This document shows positions 10,223 to 18,579 of a DNA stretch of 64,000 bases, piece by piece; within the stretch, counting starts at the first letter, position 1, and the number at the start of each line of letters is the position of its first letter. Source of the DNA: an uncultured Gammaproteobacteria bacterium (lineage in GTDB: Bacteria > Patescibacteriota > Patescibacteriia > 2-12-FULL-60-25); assembly GCA_964563385.1 (NCBI GenBank), contig CAZLVV010000002.1, forward strand, positions 154-64,153. The letters run 5' to 3'. The position numbers and the translations under genes were made by a program. The notes below the pieces were generated by a model, which saw nothing but the letters and a program-made list of their open reading frames with translations, was not told the DNA's origin and did no database searches.

Positions 10223-11407
10223 TTATTCCACTACCGGACGAGAGTTGTAGTATGGGAAGGATCCAGACGCCTCGCAACTTTGAGTACCGGACGGCTTCAT
10301 GACACCGTTGGATTCCCATCGTTGTTTTACCGGAACGCCATCTTTCCACAAACGCACTGTGCAGAGAAGCGTAATCGCGTGCCCCTCCATGGCATCAACT
10401 TGAGTCGGGGTAACACATGGTGCCGGAGCATTGCCAGAGCCATCACCCGCATATCGACCAAAGCCCACAGAGCCCTGCCCCACAAATGTAGGATAATCAG
10501 GAGCCGGGACATCGAACGTGCAGGCTGTCTTTCTGCCTGTGCTAACGCATCCGGTCAGCGGACCATATGCGCGACCCGCCCAAGAACCCTCTGGTTGAGG
10601 TGACTGCGCCCATGTTTGAGCTTCACAGTCCACTTCATACTTAAGGGTAACATTGGTACTAGCGGTGCCACACACTCCGCCTTCGTCAATTTGCCCATCA
10701 CAATTGTTATCTTTCCCATCGCACACTTCCGTGGCTCCGGGATGAACAGAGGCGTCTCCGTCATCGCAATCACCGGCAATGCTCACATATCCATCCGGCT
10801 TTTGCACAGAGACTTTAGTGCGGTTGGGGTTGCCGTACGAATCGCCATCCGCATCCTCGTACCAAGTCTGCGAAGTACCACACACTCCGCCTTCATCGAC
10901 TTGCCCATTACAATTATTGTCTTTCCCATCACACACTTCCGTGGCTCCGGGATGGACAGAGGCGTCTCCGTCATCGCAGTCATCGTTGTTGCCTACATGG
11001 CCCGAAGGCGGATTGGTTCCGGTAACCGGATTCGCTTCCGCATCCCCATAACCATCACCATCCGCGTCTGGAAAATATTCGCATACACATTGCTCATACT
11101 TTCCATCCACACACTTTTGCGTACCACTCGCCCCATCAGGGCATTTGCAATCGCGCATTGCGCCTTCCGGCTCACATTCAGGAGCTTTACTTCCTGTGCC
11201 ACCGGCTCCTGCCATTCCGCCAGTTCCACCAGTAGCTCCCGTGCCCCCGGTTTCAGTTCCACCGGTTTCACTCCCGCCCGAGCCAGCTTCTCCCCCGCTT
11301 CCAGCCATTCCGCCAGATGCGCTGAGATCAGCAAAGTCATCGGTCTCCTCAAGACATCCACCAAACACCAAGCCACAAACCACAACGATAAAGCTCATTT
11401 TTTTCAT
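10223..11407 (-). CDS. lipoprotein with Gly/Thr-rich linker and two Cys-rich D-x-D-x-D / PGAxExCDGxDNxC repeats (MopE-like putative metal-binding motif)
   Basis: 394 aa. Lipobox VFGGC. Low-complexity SGG/TGG linker. DADGDGYGD and DADGDSYGN followed by CDDGDASVHPGATEVCDGKDNNC(N/D)GQ(V/I)DEGGVCGT twice. SD AAGGAAGGA upstream. About 55% G+C on one sampled line. Confidence 0.8.
   Translation of the reverse strand: MKKMSFIVVVCGLVFGGCLEETDDFADLSASGGMAGSGGEAGSGGSETGGTETGGTGATGGTGGMAGAGGTGSKAPECEPEGAMRDCKCPDGASGTQKCVDGKYEQCVCEYFPDADGDGYGDAEANPVTGTNPPSGHVGNNDDCDDGDASVHPGATEVCDGKDNNCNGQVDEGGVCGTSQTWYEDADGDSYGNPNRTKVSVQKPDGYVSIAGDCDDGDASVHPGATEVCDGKDNNCDGQIDEGGVCGTASTNVTLKYEVDCEAQTWAQSPQPEGSWAGRAYGPLTGCVSTGRKTACTFDVPAPDYPTFVGQGSVGFGRYAGDGSGNAPAPCVTPTQVDAMEGHAITLLCTVRLWKDGVPVKQRWESNGVMKPSGTQSCEASGSFPYYNSRPVVE
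10668..10982. repeat. two about 105-bp near-identical direct repeats spaced 210 bp apart inside the lipoprotein gene
   Basis: 10668-10772 and 10878-10982 align with a few mismatches (CCACACACTCCGCCTTC...GGCGTCTCCGTCATCGCA). They are in frame and encode the duplicated Cys-rich module. Confidence 0.85.
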
Positions 11408-11527
11408 CTTATTCCTTCCTTTCTTTTTTTAAAGTTCATTTTCGCTAAAAGAGCGAAATTTTTTATTTTTAGATCAAATCCGATCCAAAACTTCAATCTT
11501 TTTATTGATTAAAGCCTTGGAAAGAAT

Positions 11528-11551
11528 GGGCGAATTAAACTTAATTCGCCC
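11528..11551 (-). terminator. palindromic hairpin downstream of island gene 3 (possible terminator)
   Basis: GGGCGAATTAA-AC-TTAATTCGCCC lies 22 nt after the stop at 11573. Only a weak U-tract (AUUCUUUCC) follows on the minus strand. Confidence 0.4.
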
Positions 11552-11572
11552 AAAGACTGTAATAAACTAGAA

Positions 11573-12838
11573 TTAGAATTGACCCATGACGCCAATGCCA
11601 GCGCCAAAGGTCGCACCCGATTCTCCACGCATGGGTGGGGAGGGATGCTGTTCAGTGGGAGCGCGAAGAAAGGCAGAATCTCCATACGCAAGATTCATGT
11701 GAGGAACCACACAAAAAGAACCTTGCGAGTATGCCTCCGCTTTAGGGCAGAAGGAGAACGCCACTTCTCCGCCATACCGCCTACCCATGGCCTTAAAACC
11801 ATCCATGAGCAAAAGCTGTTGCCCCATGCCTCGGAGATGGAGTTTGTATTGTCCATCATCATCAAGGTCGAACAGTGGCCCGGTGTAGATAGTTCCTTCA
11901 AGACCAAGAGCAGAGTTTCCACTCTCTTTCATTTCGCTAGAACTACCAATTCCGAGCCTTCCTCCGAGTTCTAATCGCAAAGAGCTGGTATCAGAAAGAG
12001 GTGGGGTGATCCAACCACCCTCCAGGGCCATTCCAACATAATTCCGCCCTGCATAGCGAGAATATGTCCCTGTGGCGCCCAGTCGAAAGATTTGTCGATC
12101 GCGACCAAGTCGTTGAACCGCTTCGCACAAATCCCTCACACCTTGTGGCGCATTTTGATCCGCGCACATGGTGTTCAGAATCGCTTGATGACGGTCAACA
12201 CGTTCATCCAAACCTTCCAATCGCTCTCGAAGGAATTTTACACCTTCAGCATTGAGCTCAATCTGCTGGGCATGGCCGTTTAGAATAACCATGACTTCCG
12301 CCATCTTACCCTCAACACCATTCAATCTGGTGTTTGTTTGAGAAGCGAAAGTCATCAGCCGATTCAAGCCCTCTGCAATAACTTCCGCATTGGGCTCCAC
12401 ATTCGTAGGAAGGCAAACTCCAAGACCTTTGTAATACTCGGTCTTGGTTCCATCATTCGCCTTGACTGTTCGAACCATGCGCCATGACTTGGATAGCTCG
12501 TAACCATCCGGACAAACGCATGCGCCCTGTTCAATACGAGCTGTATTTTCCTTATTCTGAACAGTGTATTTATTATCTTCAAAAACAATACGCTGTTCAG
12601 TGGGAGCTTCGCACTTCTCCCAGGTAAAGACGCGCTTTGTTTGCGCGCGTGCCTTTTCGAGGCACTTGGCGATATCATCGCATGTCTCAACCTTATTATC
12701 CTTTGAAGCATCGCTCGAACTATCTGACGAGTCACTCCCTCCTGCAACTTCTCCTTCTTCAGCGAATACCATTTTCACAGAAAAAACGACGAATAAAACA
12801 GAAAACGCAAAACTCCAAAACAACTTGTTCGTATTCAT
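11573..12838 (-). CDS. secreted protein: Cys-containing N-domain, coiled coil, beta-type C-terminal domain ending in Phe (GC-rich island gene 3)
   Basis: ORF 11573..12898. Start set to the ATG at 12836-12838 (MNTNKLFWSFAFSVLFVVFSVKMVFA), which has AAGGAG 6 nt upstream. C-terminus ...GATFGAGIGVMGQF. About 53% G+C on a sampled line. Confidence 0.7.
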   Translation of the reverse strand: MNTNKLFWSFAFSVLFVVFSVKMVFAEEGEVAGGSDSSDSSSDASKDNKVETCDDIAKCLEKARAQTKRVFTWEKCEAPTEQRIVFEDNKYTVQNKENTARIEQGACVCPDGYELSKSWRMVRTVKANDGTKTEYYKGLGVCLPTNVEPNAEVIAEGLNRLMTFASQTNTRLNGVEGKMAEVMVILNGHAQQIELNAEGVKFLRERLEGLDERVDRHQAILNTMCADQNAPQGVRDLCEAVQRLGRDRQIFRLGATGTYSRYAGRNYVGMALEGGWITPPLSDTSSLRLELGGRLGIGSSSEMKESGNSALGLEGTIYTGPLFDLDDDGQYKLHLRGMGQQLLLMDGFKAMGRRYGGEVAFSFCPKAEAYSQGSFCVVPHMNLAYGDSAFLRAPTEQHPSPPMRGESGATFGAGIGVMGQF

Positions 12839-13327
12839 CTCTTTCTCCTTTTGCCCCGCACATTGGGGCGCTTGTTGTAGCGCCCCTTTAGAGGGCAATG
12901 GTTTGACTTTTCCACATTTCTCTTAAGTCTCTTAAGAGAAACTTTTTTTCTAGTTTCTTTTTTTCTAGTTTAATGTAAAGTTCGCATCACACACATTATT
13001 GCCGTGTGATGTTTAAGTCGTCTCATGGTGGATGAGGTGAGGAGGAAAACATCCCACCCGCGCATGAAACGGCTTAAAAACCACACTTCAGTAAAGTTAC
13101 GAATAGAGAACATTAGCATAATTTAATCAAAATGTCAATAGTAAAATTATTGATCAATCAATAATCAACTCCATTTTAACCACATCTATTTAAACTATTC
13201 GAGTATAAACAAACTTCAATATAAAAAAATTACTTAATTTAGCAAAAAAATTAATTCATTTCCTTATTTTATAGAAATGAATTTCGTATTTATTACACTA
13301 AAAACTATTATTTATAATTAATTAAAA

Positions 13328-13939
13328 TTATCTCACCCTTTTTATTCTGCCCAACACCCACGCCGAACCAATAAGTAGCCCTAGTAAAGAGCCAAAGCTC
13401 AAGTTCGTAGCAAAATCCGGTTTAGCAAAATATCGGCTCGGCAAAGGATCATCAATTATCTGCACACGTACCGAATATCCAAAAAAATTAGGAGCTTGTT
13501 CAGCAAGTTGACGCGAAACAGCCACCGCAATAGCCGTAGCTTGAGCCCTTTCTGGATGATAAGCCGTAACATACATTATACCCGTGCCGGGCGTAACCCC
13601 AACTTGCACGGTTCGCGCCCATTCGCGCCGTTTTTTTATTTCATCGTTCAAAGTAAAATAATTAGCATTAACTCCACCCTCTTTTATCACTCCATTAAAA
13701 AAACTAGATGAAAAAACCAATTCAACCAAATTTTGCCCTATTCTTTCTGTGGATTTTATGGCCGTATAAGGATCCACTCCGGTAACATTTGTTTGCGTAA
13801 TCAATAATCTAACTTGTGAAGAATATTTTTTGGTTTGCATCAAAGAAAAAATCAAAGCCAAAACAAAACCCAACGCCGTCAGTAAAACTATGAGACGCCA
13901 TCCACGAATGTACAAATTAAATAAATTGATAGAGGGCAT
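13328..13939 (-). CDS. Wzz-like polysaccharide chain-length determinant domain protein (two terminal TM helices)
   Basis: 203 aa. N-terminal TM followed by KKYSSQVRLLITQ, and a C-terminal TM (FGSLLGLLIGSAWVLG). This topology is typical of the Wzz/PCP N-terminal domain. The family call is from memory. Confidence 0.55.
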   Translation of the reverse strand: MPSINLFNLYIRGWRLIVLLTALGFVLALIFSLMQTKKYSSQVRLLITQTNVTGVDPYTAIKSTERIGQNLVELVFSSSFFNGVIKEGGVNANYFTLNDEIKKRREWARTVQVGVTPGTGIMYVTAYHPERAQATAIAVAVSRQLAEQAPNFFGYSVRVQIIDDPLPSRYFAKPDFATNLSFGSLLGLLIGSAWVLGRIKRVR

Positions 13940-13978
13940 GAAACTAAATACTATTATAATCCAAAACTCATTTCGTTT

Positions 13979-15175
13979 TTAAAATGTTTTGCTTGTAATT
14001 TGTTTTCCAAGTGTTACAGGGATATCGAGCTCTTCGCCGTTACGCCATACTCTAAGAGTAACATTAGCGCCCGGAACAAATTGCAAAATAATATCCCCAA
14101 GATCCAAACTTTCATCTATTATATCACGATCAACTCGTAAAATCACATCGCCAGCTTTTAAACCCGCAACAGCCCCTGCTCCACCCGGTATAATTGCCGG
14201 TAAATTTACGTTCGCCGAATACAACCACGCGCCTTTTTCTGGCAATTTCAAATTCGAATCAAGCGAACGCACTAAAGAAACATTTACACTTCTTACACCC
14301 AAAGTCGCATGCTCAATTTGTTGTTTAGTTATTAAACTCTGCAAAGATCCTGAAACTATTGCTCCCGGAATAATGTTTAATCTATCGCCTGATCCGGATT
14401 CGATCAAACCGACCAATGCCCCACTAGCATCCCAAACCGAAGCTCCGGCTTCGGATTCTTGAATTTGTCCGATTGCTACAATTCTCCGACTTATATTATC
14501 TGATGAAACAGCTTCCCCCGAATTATTTGCTCGTGACGAGGCTATAACGGAAGGAATAAATTGCGTTGGTCCAACCTCAAGCCATACACCAATTCCAGAT
14601 CTTCCGGACAAAGGTTTGGCAAATGAAGCCACAGAAGCATTAGAAGCATTAATTTTTAAGAATGCAACATCCGTTGATGAATCCAAAATAATTTGTTCAA
14701 CTCTATTCATTTTTGCATCATGCCAAATATATAAATTTGAATTCAAAACAGGTTTAATCGCTTCATGCGCTGTAGCAAACCAGCCATCCGAAGTCATGGC
14801 CACGGCTCTTGCTTTTGCATCGTCTTCAGTTAAGGCTAAAACAGTTGATTTAGGTTTTTGAGCATAAACAATACCCACAGTTGATTGGCGGTCCAATAAA
14901 GATTTTGGCGCCAATCTCGGCGAACCATCAAGCATGGTTAATGGTACTAATTTTATTGTGGTTGATGCAACACTTGAATCAACTTCAACTCCGGTTTTAG
15001 TTCCTGATGCCATATTATGCGTGTGAGCAGACAATTCTCTATAATCCACTAAAATCTTATTCGCAGTTTTATCAGCCATTATCCACCCCGCCATACCACC
15101 AGCAACTATTGATAAAAAAACTTGCCCCGTTATCAATAAGGCAATCATCAAATATCTTTTTACATTGGCTTTCAT
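13979..15175 (-). CDS. membrane-anchored trypsin-like (HtrA/DegP-like) serine protease with C-terminal PDZ domain
   Basis: 398 aa. N-terminal TM. His region GWFATAHEAI, Asp region DVAFLKI, Ser region EAGASVWDASGALVGLI (diverged from GNSGG). PDZ-like AGLKAGDVILRVDRDII...VTLRVWRNGEELDIPVTLG. Confidence 0.7.
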   Translation of the reverse strand: MKANVKRYLMIALLITGQVFLSIVAGGMAGWIMADKTANKILVDYRELSAHTHNMASGTKTGVEVDSSVASTTIKLVPLTMLDGSPRLAPKSLLDRQSTVGIVYAQKPKSTVLALTEDDAKARAVAMTSDGWFATAHEAIKPVLNSNLYIWHDAKMNRVEQIILDSSTDVAFLKINASNASVASFAKPLSGRSGIGVWLEVGPTQFIPSVIASSRANNSGEAVSSDNISRRIVAIGQIQESEAGASVWDASGALVGLIESGSGDRLNIIPGAIVSGSLQSLITKQQIEHATLGVRSVNVSLVRSLDSNLKLPEKGAWLYSANVNLPAIIPGGAGAVAGLKAGDVILRVDRDIIDESLDLGDIILQFVPGANVTLRVWRNGEELDIPVTLGKQITSKTF

Positions 15176-15232
15176 AATTTATATGCAAATAATATAACAA
15201 TATCCAAGCCTTTTTTCAAGATAAATATTTAT

Positions 15233-15994
15233 CTACAACCATCGTGATGTGATTAATATAACACTTAATAAAATCACTGCCGTCGCGCCCTCCAGCCATG
15301 CCTGCTTTTTAACCGGCAAAGGATTATATAAATATCGACGTAAGCGCAACATAAAACTAAACAAAATCATTGCTATAGCGCCTTGAGCAAACATGGATAA
15401 AGGCAACATTATTCCCAACAATCCTAAATGCAAACCCGTTATAAAACCTACCAGCATCCATCTTTGATTCTGTTCTTTAGTTGCTTCTGGATGACCCGTT
15501 GTGCGAAACAAAATTAATCCCAACACTACCATAATCAAAACATGAATCCAAAAAGGGGTATGCACAAAAATGATAAGACCAACGGAAGTTGCCACTATAT
15601 AATAAATAATAAAAGGCACATAAGCGATATTTACCCTAGATAATCCATGAACCGGATATCTAGGCGGAGCAAAAGCTAGCAAAAACAAAAGCTCCAATGA
15701 AAGATAAGTGCTCACACCTGCCAAAATCATAATCGCAATTATTTGCGTGCTCCCTTCAGCAAGTAATAATGCAAAAATTAACGCGAAGATAAAAATTAAA
15801 GTTGGTAGCATTTTTTCTATTAAATCCTTATAACCAACTCGCCCACGCGCCATCCAAAAAGAAGCCAAAGGCAAAAATATCACTCCAAACAAAGCCATCC
15901 AAGGATATTGAAACGGATAACGAGTTTGAATCCAAAAACTTAAAACAATTGCTATCGAGCAAATAAAAGGCAATAAACGATAAAAAAATATCAT
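15233..15994 (-). CDS. polytopic integral membrane protein, unknown function
   Basis: 253-aa ORF, hydrophobic almost throughout (about 7-8 predicted helices by eye). Overlaps the upstream gene by 4 nt. Confidence 0.65.
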   Translation of the reverse strand: MIFFYRLLPFICSIAIVLSFWIQTRYPFQYPWMALFGVIFLPLASFWMARGRVGYKDLIEKMLPTLIFIFALIFALLLAEGSTQIIAIMILAGVSTYLSLELLFLLAFAPPRYPVHGLSRVNIAYVPFIIYYIVATSVGLIIFVHTPFWIHVLIMVVLGLILFRTTGHPEATKEQNQRWMLVGFITGLHLGLLGIMLPLSMFAQGAIAMILFSFMLRLRRYLYNPLPVKKQAWLEGATAVILLSVILITSRWL

Positions 15995-16887
15995 GGCTTT
16001 AGAGGACCGATTAATAATCTAACTTTCGTGTCGGATATCGTTACATCTTGAATTCCATATCCATTATCTAAAAGAATTTTCCAAGTGCCAACATCTCTTT
16101 CAAAAAAATATCCAATCATTTGCATAGACAAACTGCCAGGTATTGGCAAATCGCCAATTTTAGCATCTTTAACTTCCAACATAACTGTTCCATTATTATG
16201 CAATACGGGCATCATCTTTACTAATATTTGCGCCTGAAAAATCTCTTTCCATGTTATATAAAAATACATTTCAATTTCATCCTGCAAAAATACAACTTGC
16301 GCAATTTCAACTTTATACTCCGGATTACGCAATCCTTGATGCACAACTCCTTGCAATAAACCCGTAAAATCTTTTTCACTTACATCCAAAGCAATAGGAA
16401 TCTGATTATCCACGCTTTTTTCTTGCAATCTTTTTGTTAAACTATCACTAAATTGATTCCAATCCTGCGGTTGCGCGATTACTATTCTGGTCGGTTTAGG
16501 CGCATTGTAAAAATTAGCAAAAATCGGCAAAGCCAATAATCCTGATTTTAATAAAAAAAATAAAATTATCAAAATAAAAATTAAAAATGTTGCCAAAATC
16601 AAAATTCCACTGCTAAAAATATCTCCCCAAATTATTTTAGCCGGTTTTACAATCCTTTCCTTTTCAGAAACAGGCTTCAGCGTTGGCAAAGGCGGTATTA
16701 AATTTTGTTGATTCGCTTGTTTTGTTTGAAAATCGTCATTAATAGAACTTGTTGTAATCAAAGGAGGAGTTTCTTGAGGTAACGGAGGTATTGGAGGAAT
16801 ATTGACAGTTGGAATTTCATTCGCACTTTCCATGCTTTTAACTTGTTCCAAATTATTTTCTATATTTGTTTTTTCTTCATCAGGCAT
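15991..16887 (-). CDS. single-pass membrane protein with Pro-rich N-terminal region, unknown function
   Basis: 298-aa ORF. PPIPPLPQETPPLI tract and a central TM helix (SGILILATFLIFILIILFFLL). Translationally coupled to the downstream gene. Confidence 0.6.
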   Translation of the reverse strand: MPDEEKTNIENNLEQVKSMESANEIPTVNIPPIPPLPQETPPLITTSSINDDFQTKQANQQNLIPPLPTLKPVSEKERIVKPAKIIWGDIFSSGILILATFLIFILIILFFLLKSGLLALPIFANFYNAPKPTRIVIAQPQDWNQFSDSLTKRLQEKSVDNQIPIALDVSEKDFTGLLQGVVHQGLRNPEYKVEIAQVVFLQDEIEMYFYITWKEIFQAQILVKMMPVLHNNGTVMLEVKDAKIGDLPIPGSLSMQMIGYFFERDVGTWKILLDNGYGIQDVTISDTKVRLLIGPLKP

Positions 16888-16954
16888 AGGATTTTTGCAA
16901 TATTTCGTTTATAAATCTCTTAACATCTATAATAAGTTTAATGAATTTTAAATA

Positions 16955-17977
16955 TCAAATTCTGGATTCTCTATAAATTCTAATTTCTTTTATTATAACC
17001 ATGAAAGCCGTGGCAAAAGGGATAGCCAATAATGCTCCCGCTATACCAAACAAACGAGCGCCCACTAACATAGAAACAATACTAATTAAAGGATTTAAAC
17101 CTACAGCCTTCTGCATAATTTTAGGAACTATAATATGATTTTCGGCCTGTTGTATCACTATCAACGCCACTAAGATCAACAATCCTTGCAAATTTGATTG
17201 TGTAAAAGCCACAAAAATAATTGGCACACTACTTAATATCGGACCCAAATATGGTATAAATTCTAACAAACCCGCGAAAATAGCAAAAACCAAAGCCCCC
17301 TCAATCCTAAACATGCTCAAAGCAATAAATACCATTATTCCTATAAGAAAACTTAAAATAGCCTGCCCCGCAAACCAACGCCCCATCTGTTGTTGCAACT
17401 CGTCAATCAAATGTAAAGCAAATTTTTTATGTTTTTTTGGAATCCAATCATTAACCAATGTTAAAGCTTTTTTATCTTGAGCCACCAAATAATAAGTCAT
17501 AACCAAAACTATTACCAAAGTAGCAATACTTCCAAAAATTCCTGACAATACTTTTAATACATTGGCAACAATTTCAGCAATTTTTGTTTGTATCGAAGCA
17601 AAGCTACCATCCGGCAATAAATCATATTTTGCTGTGATATCTTTTATACCGCTCATAGCGTCTTGCAACGATTCCCATTTGGCGCCAAATATTGGACCCA
17701 ATTTTAAAGCCTGATCCACTAAAGTCGGCACCATCAACATTATAGTTAAAATCAACAATCCTATTCCTATAATATAAGCAAAAATAACTGTTAAGCCTCT
17801 AGGCACATGATATTTATAAGCCCAATCAGCCAAAGGTTGAATCAAAGATGCTAAAAATAGAGCCGTGGCTATGATAAAAATCACTTGCCAAGCACGCCAT
17901 AACAAAAATAATCCGGCCAAAACAGCCAATATCTTCAACAAAGTTGCCACTGTAATATTTACCTGAATTTGTTGCAT
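16955..17977 (-). CDS. AI-2E family transporter (PerM/UPF0118)
   Basis: Multi-TM protein with the family-typical C-terminal region (GLLEFIPYLGPILSSVP...NHIIVPKIM). Start set to the ATG at 17975-17977; the ORF track start is 18019. Confidence 0.8.
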   Translation of the reverse strand: MQQIQVNITVATLLKILAVLAGLFLLWRAWQVIFIIATALFLASLIQPLADWAYKYHVPRGLTVIFAYIIGIGLLILTIMLMVPTLVDQALKLGPIFGAKWESLQDAMSGIKDITAKYDLLPDGSFASIQTKIAEIVANVLKVLSGIFGSIATLVIVLVMTYYLVAQDKKALTLVNDWIPKKHKKFALHLIDELQQQMGRWFAGQAILSFLIGIMVFIALSMFRIEGALVFAIFAGLLEFIPYLGPILSSVPIIFVAFTQSNLQGLLILVALIVIQQAENHIIVPKIMQKAVGLNPLISIVSMLVGARLFGIAGALLAIPFATAFMVIIKEIRIYRESRI

Positions 17978-18081
17978 AATAAACCCAACCACCCCATTAT
18001 TAACAGTATAACACATCAACCGAATGGTAACAGTATATAATTAATTTGAGATTCAGCAATTTTTAGTTTATAGTAATTCCT

Positions 18082-18534
18082 ATGTCTATTCTAGCCGTAA
18101 ACCGTAAAGCTAAATTTGAATATGAATGCCTCGATATTTTTGAGGCTGGTTTGGAGTTAACTGGCCAAGAAGTAAAATCCATTCGTGATGGAGGAGCTAA
18201 AATTGACACGGGTCATATTATTGTCAGAAAAAATGAATTATGGCTTATCGGAGCCAATATTGCGCCATATAAAAGAGCCTCCAATATCAAAGATTACGAT
18301 CCTCAAAGATCTCGTCGATTGTTATTACACAATAAACAAATCAAACAATTAATGGGTAAATTAAGCGAAAAAGGCTTGACAGCCATACCTGTTTCCCTAT
18401 ATACTCGCGGTAATCGCATAAAGCTCGAACTATGGCTGGCGCGTGGTAAAAAGACCTTTGAAAAACGGCAAAAAATAAAAGAACGCGATATAAATCGCGA
18501 AACTAAGCGTATTCTCCGTGAACATAATTATTAA
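18082..18534 (+). CDS. smpB: SsrA-binding protein
   Basis: 150 aa. NRKAKFEYECLDIFEAGLELTGQEVKSIRDG matches SmpB, and it lies immediately upstream of the tmRNA. Confidence 0.9.
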   Translation: MSILAVNRKAKFEYECLDIFEAGLELTGQEVKSIRDGGAKIDTGHIIVRKNELWLIGANIAPYKRASNIKDYDPQRSRRLLLHNKQIKQLMGKLSEKGLTAIPVSLYTRGNRIKLELWLARGKKTFEKRQKIKERDINRETKRILREHNY

Positions 18535-18579
18535 TATTATATTGTTATATTAAAGTTAAAGTTTATCAAAATTAAATCC

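Noticed and set aside
11440-11464. Plus-strand hairpin TTTCGCT-AAAAG-AGCGAAA followed by a T-run (terminator-like)
   Set aside because: There is no plus-strand gene upstream to terminate. It lies in the 5' region of the minus-strand lipoprotein gene and may be fortuitous or an antisense insulator. The evidence is insufficient to call a feature.
10616-11512. 298-aa plus-strand ORF, plus several 60-130-aa ORFs on both strands within 10280-11432
   Set aside because: It lies antisense to the GC-rich lipoprotein gene. Long shadow ORFs are expected in GC-rich sequence. The product is low-complexity with no signal or motif, whereas the minus-strand frame has a lipobox, an SD, a terminator and a recognisable duplicated Cys-rich module.
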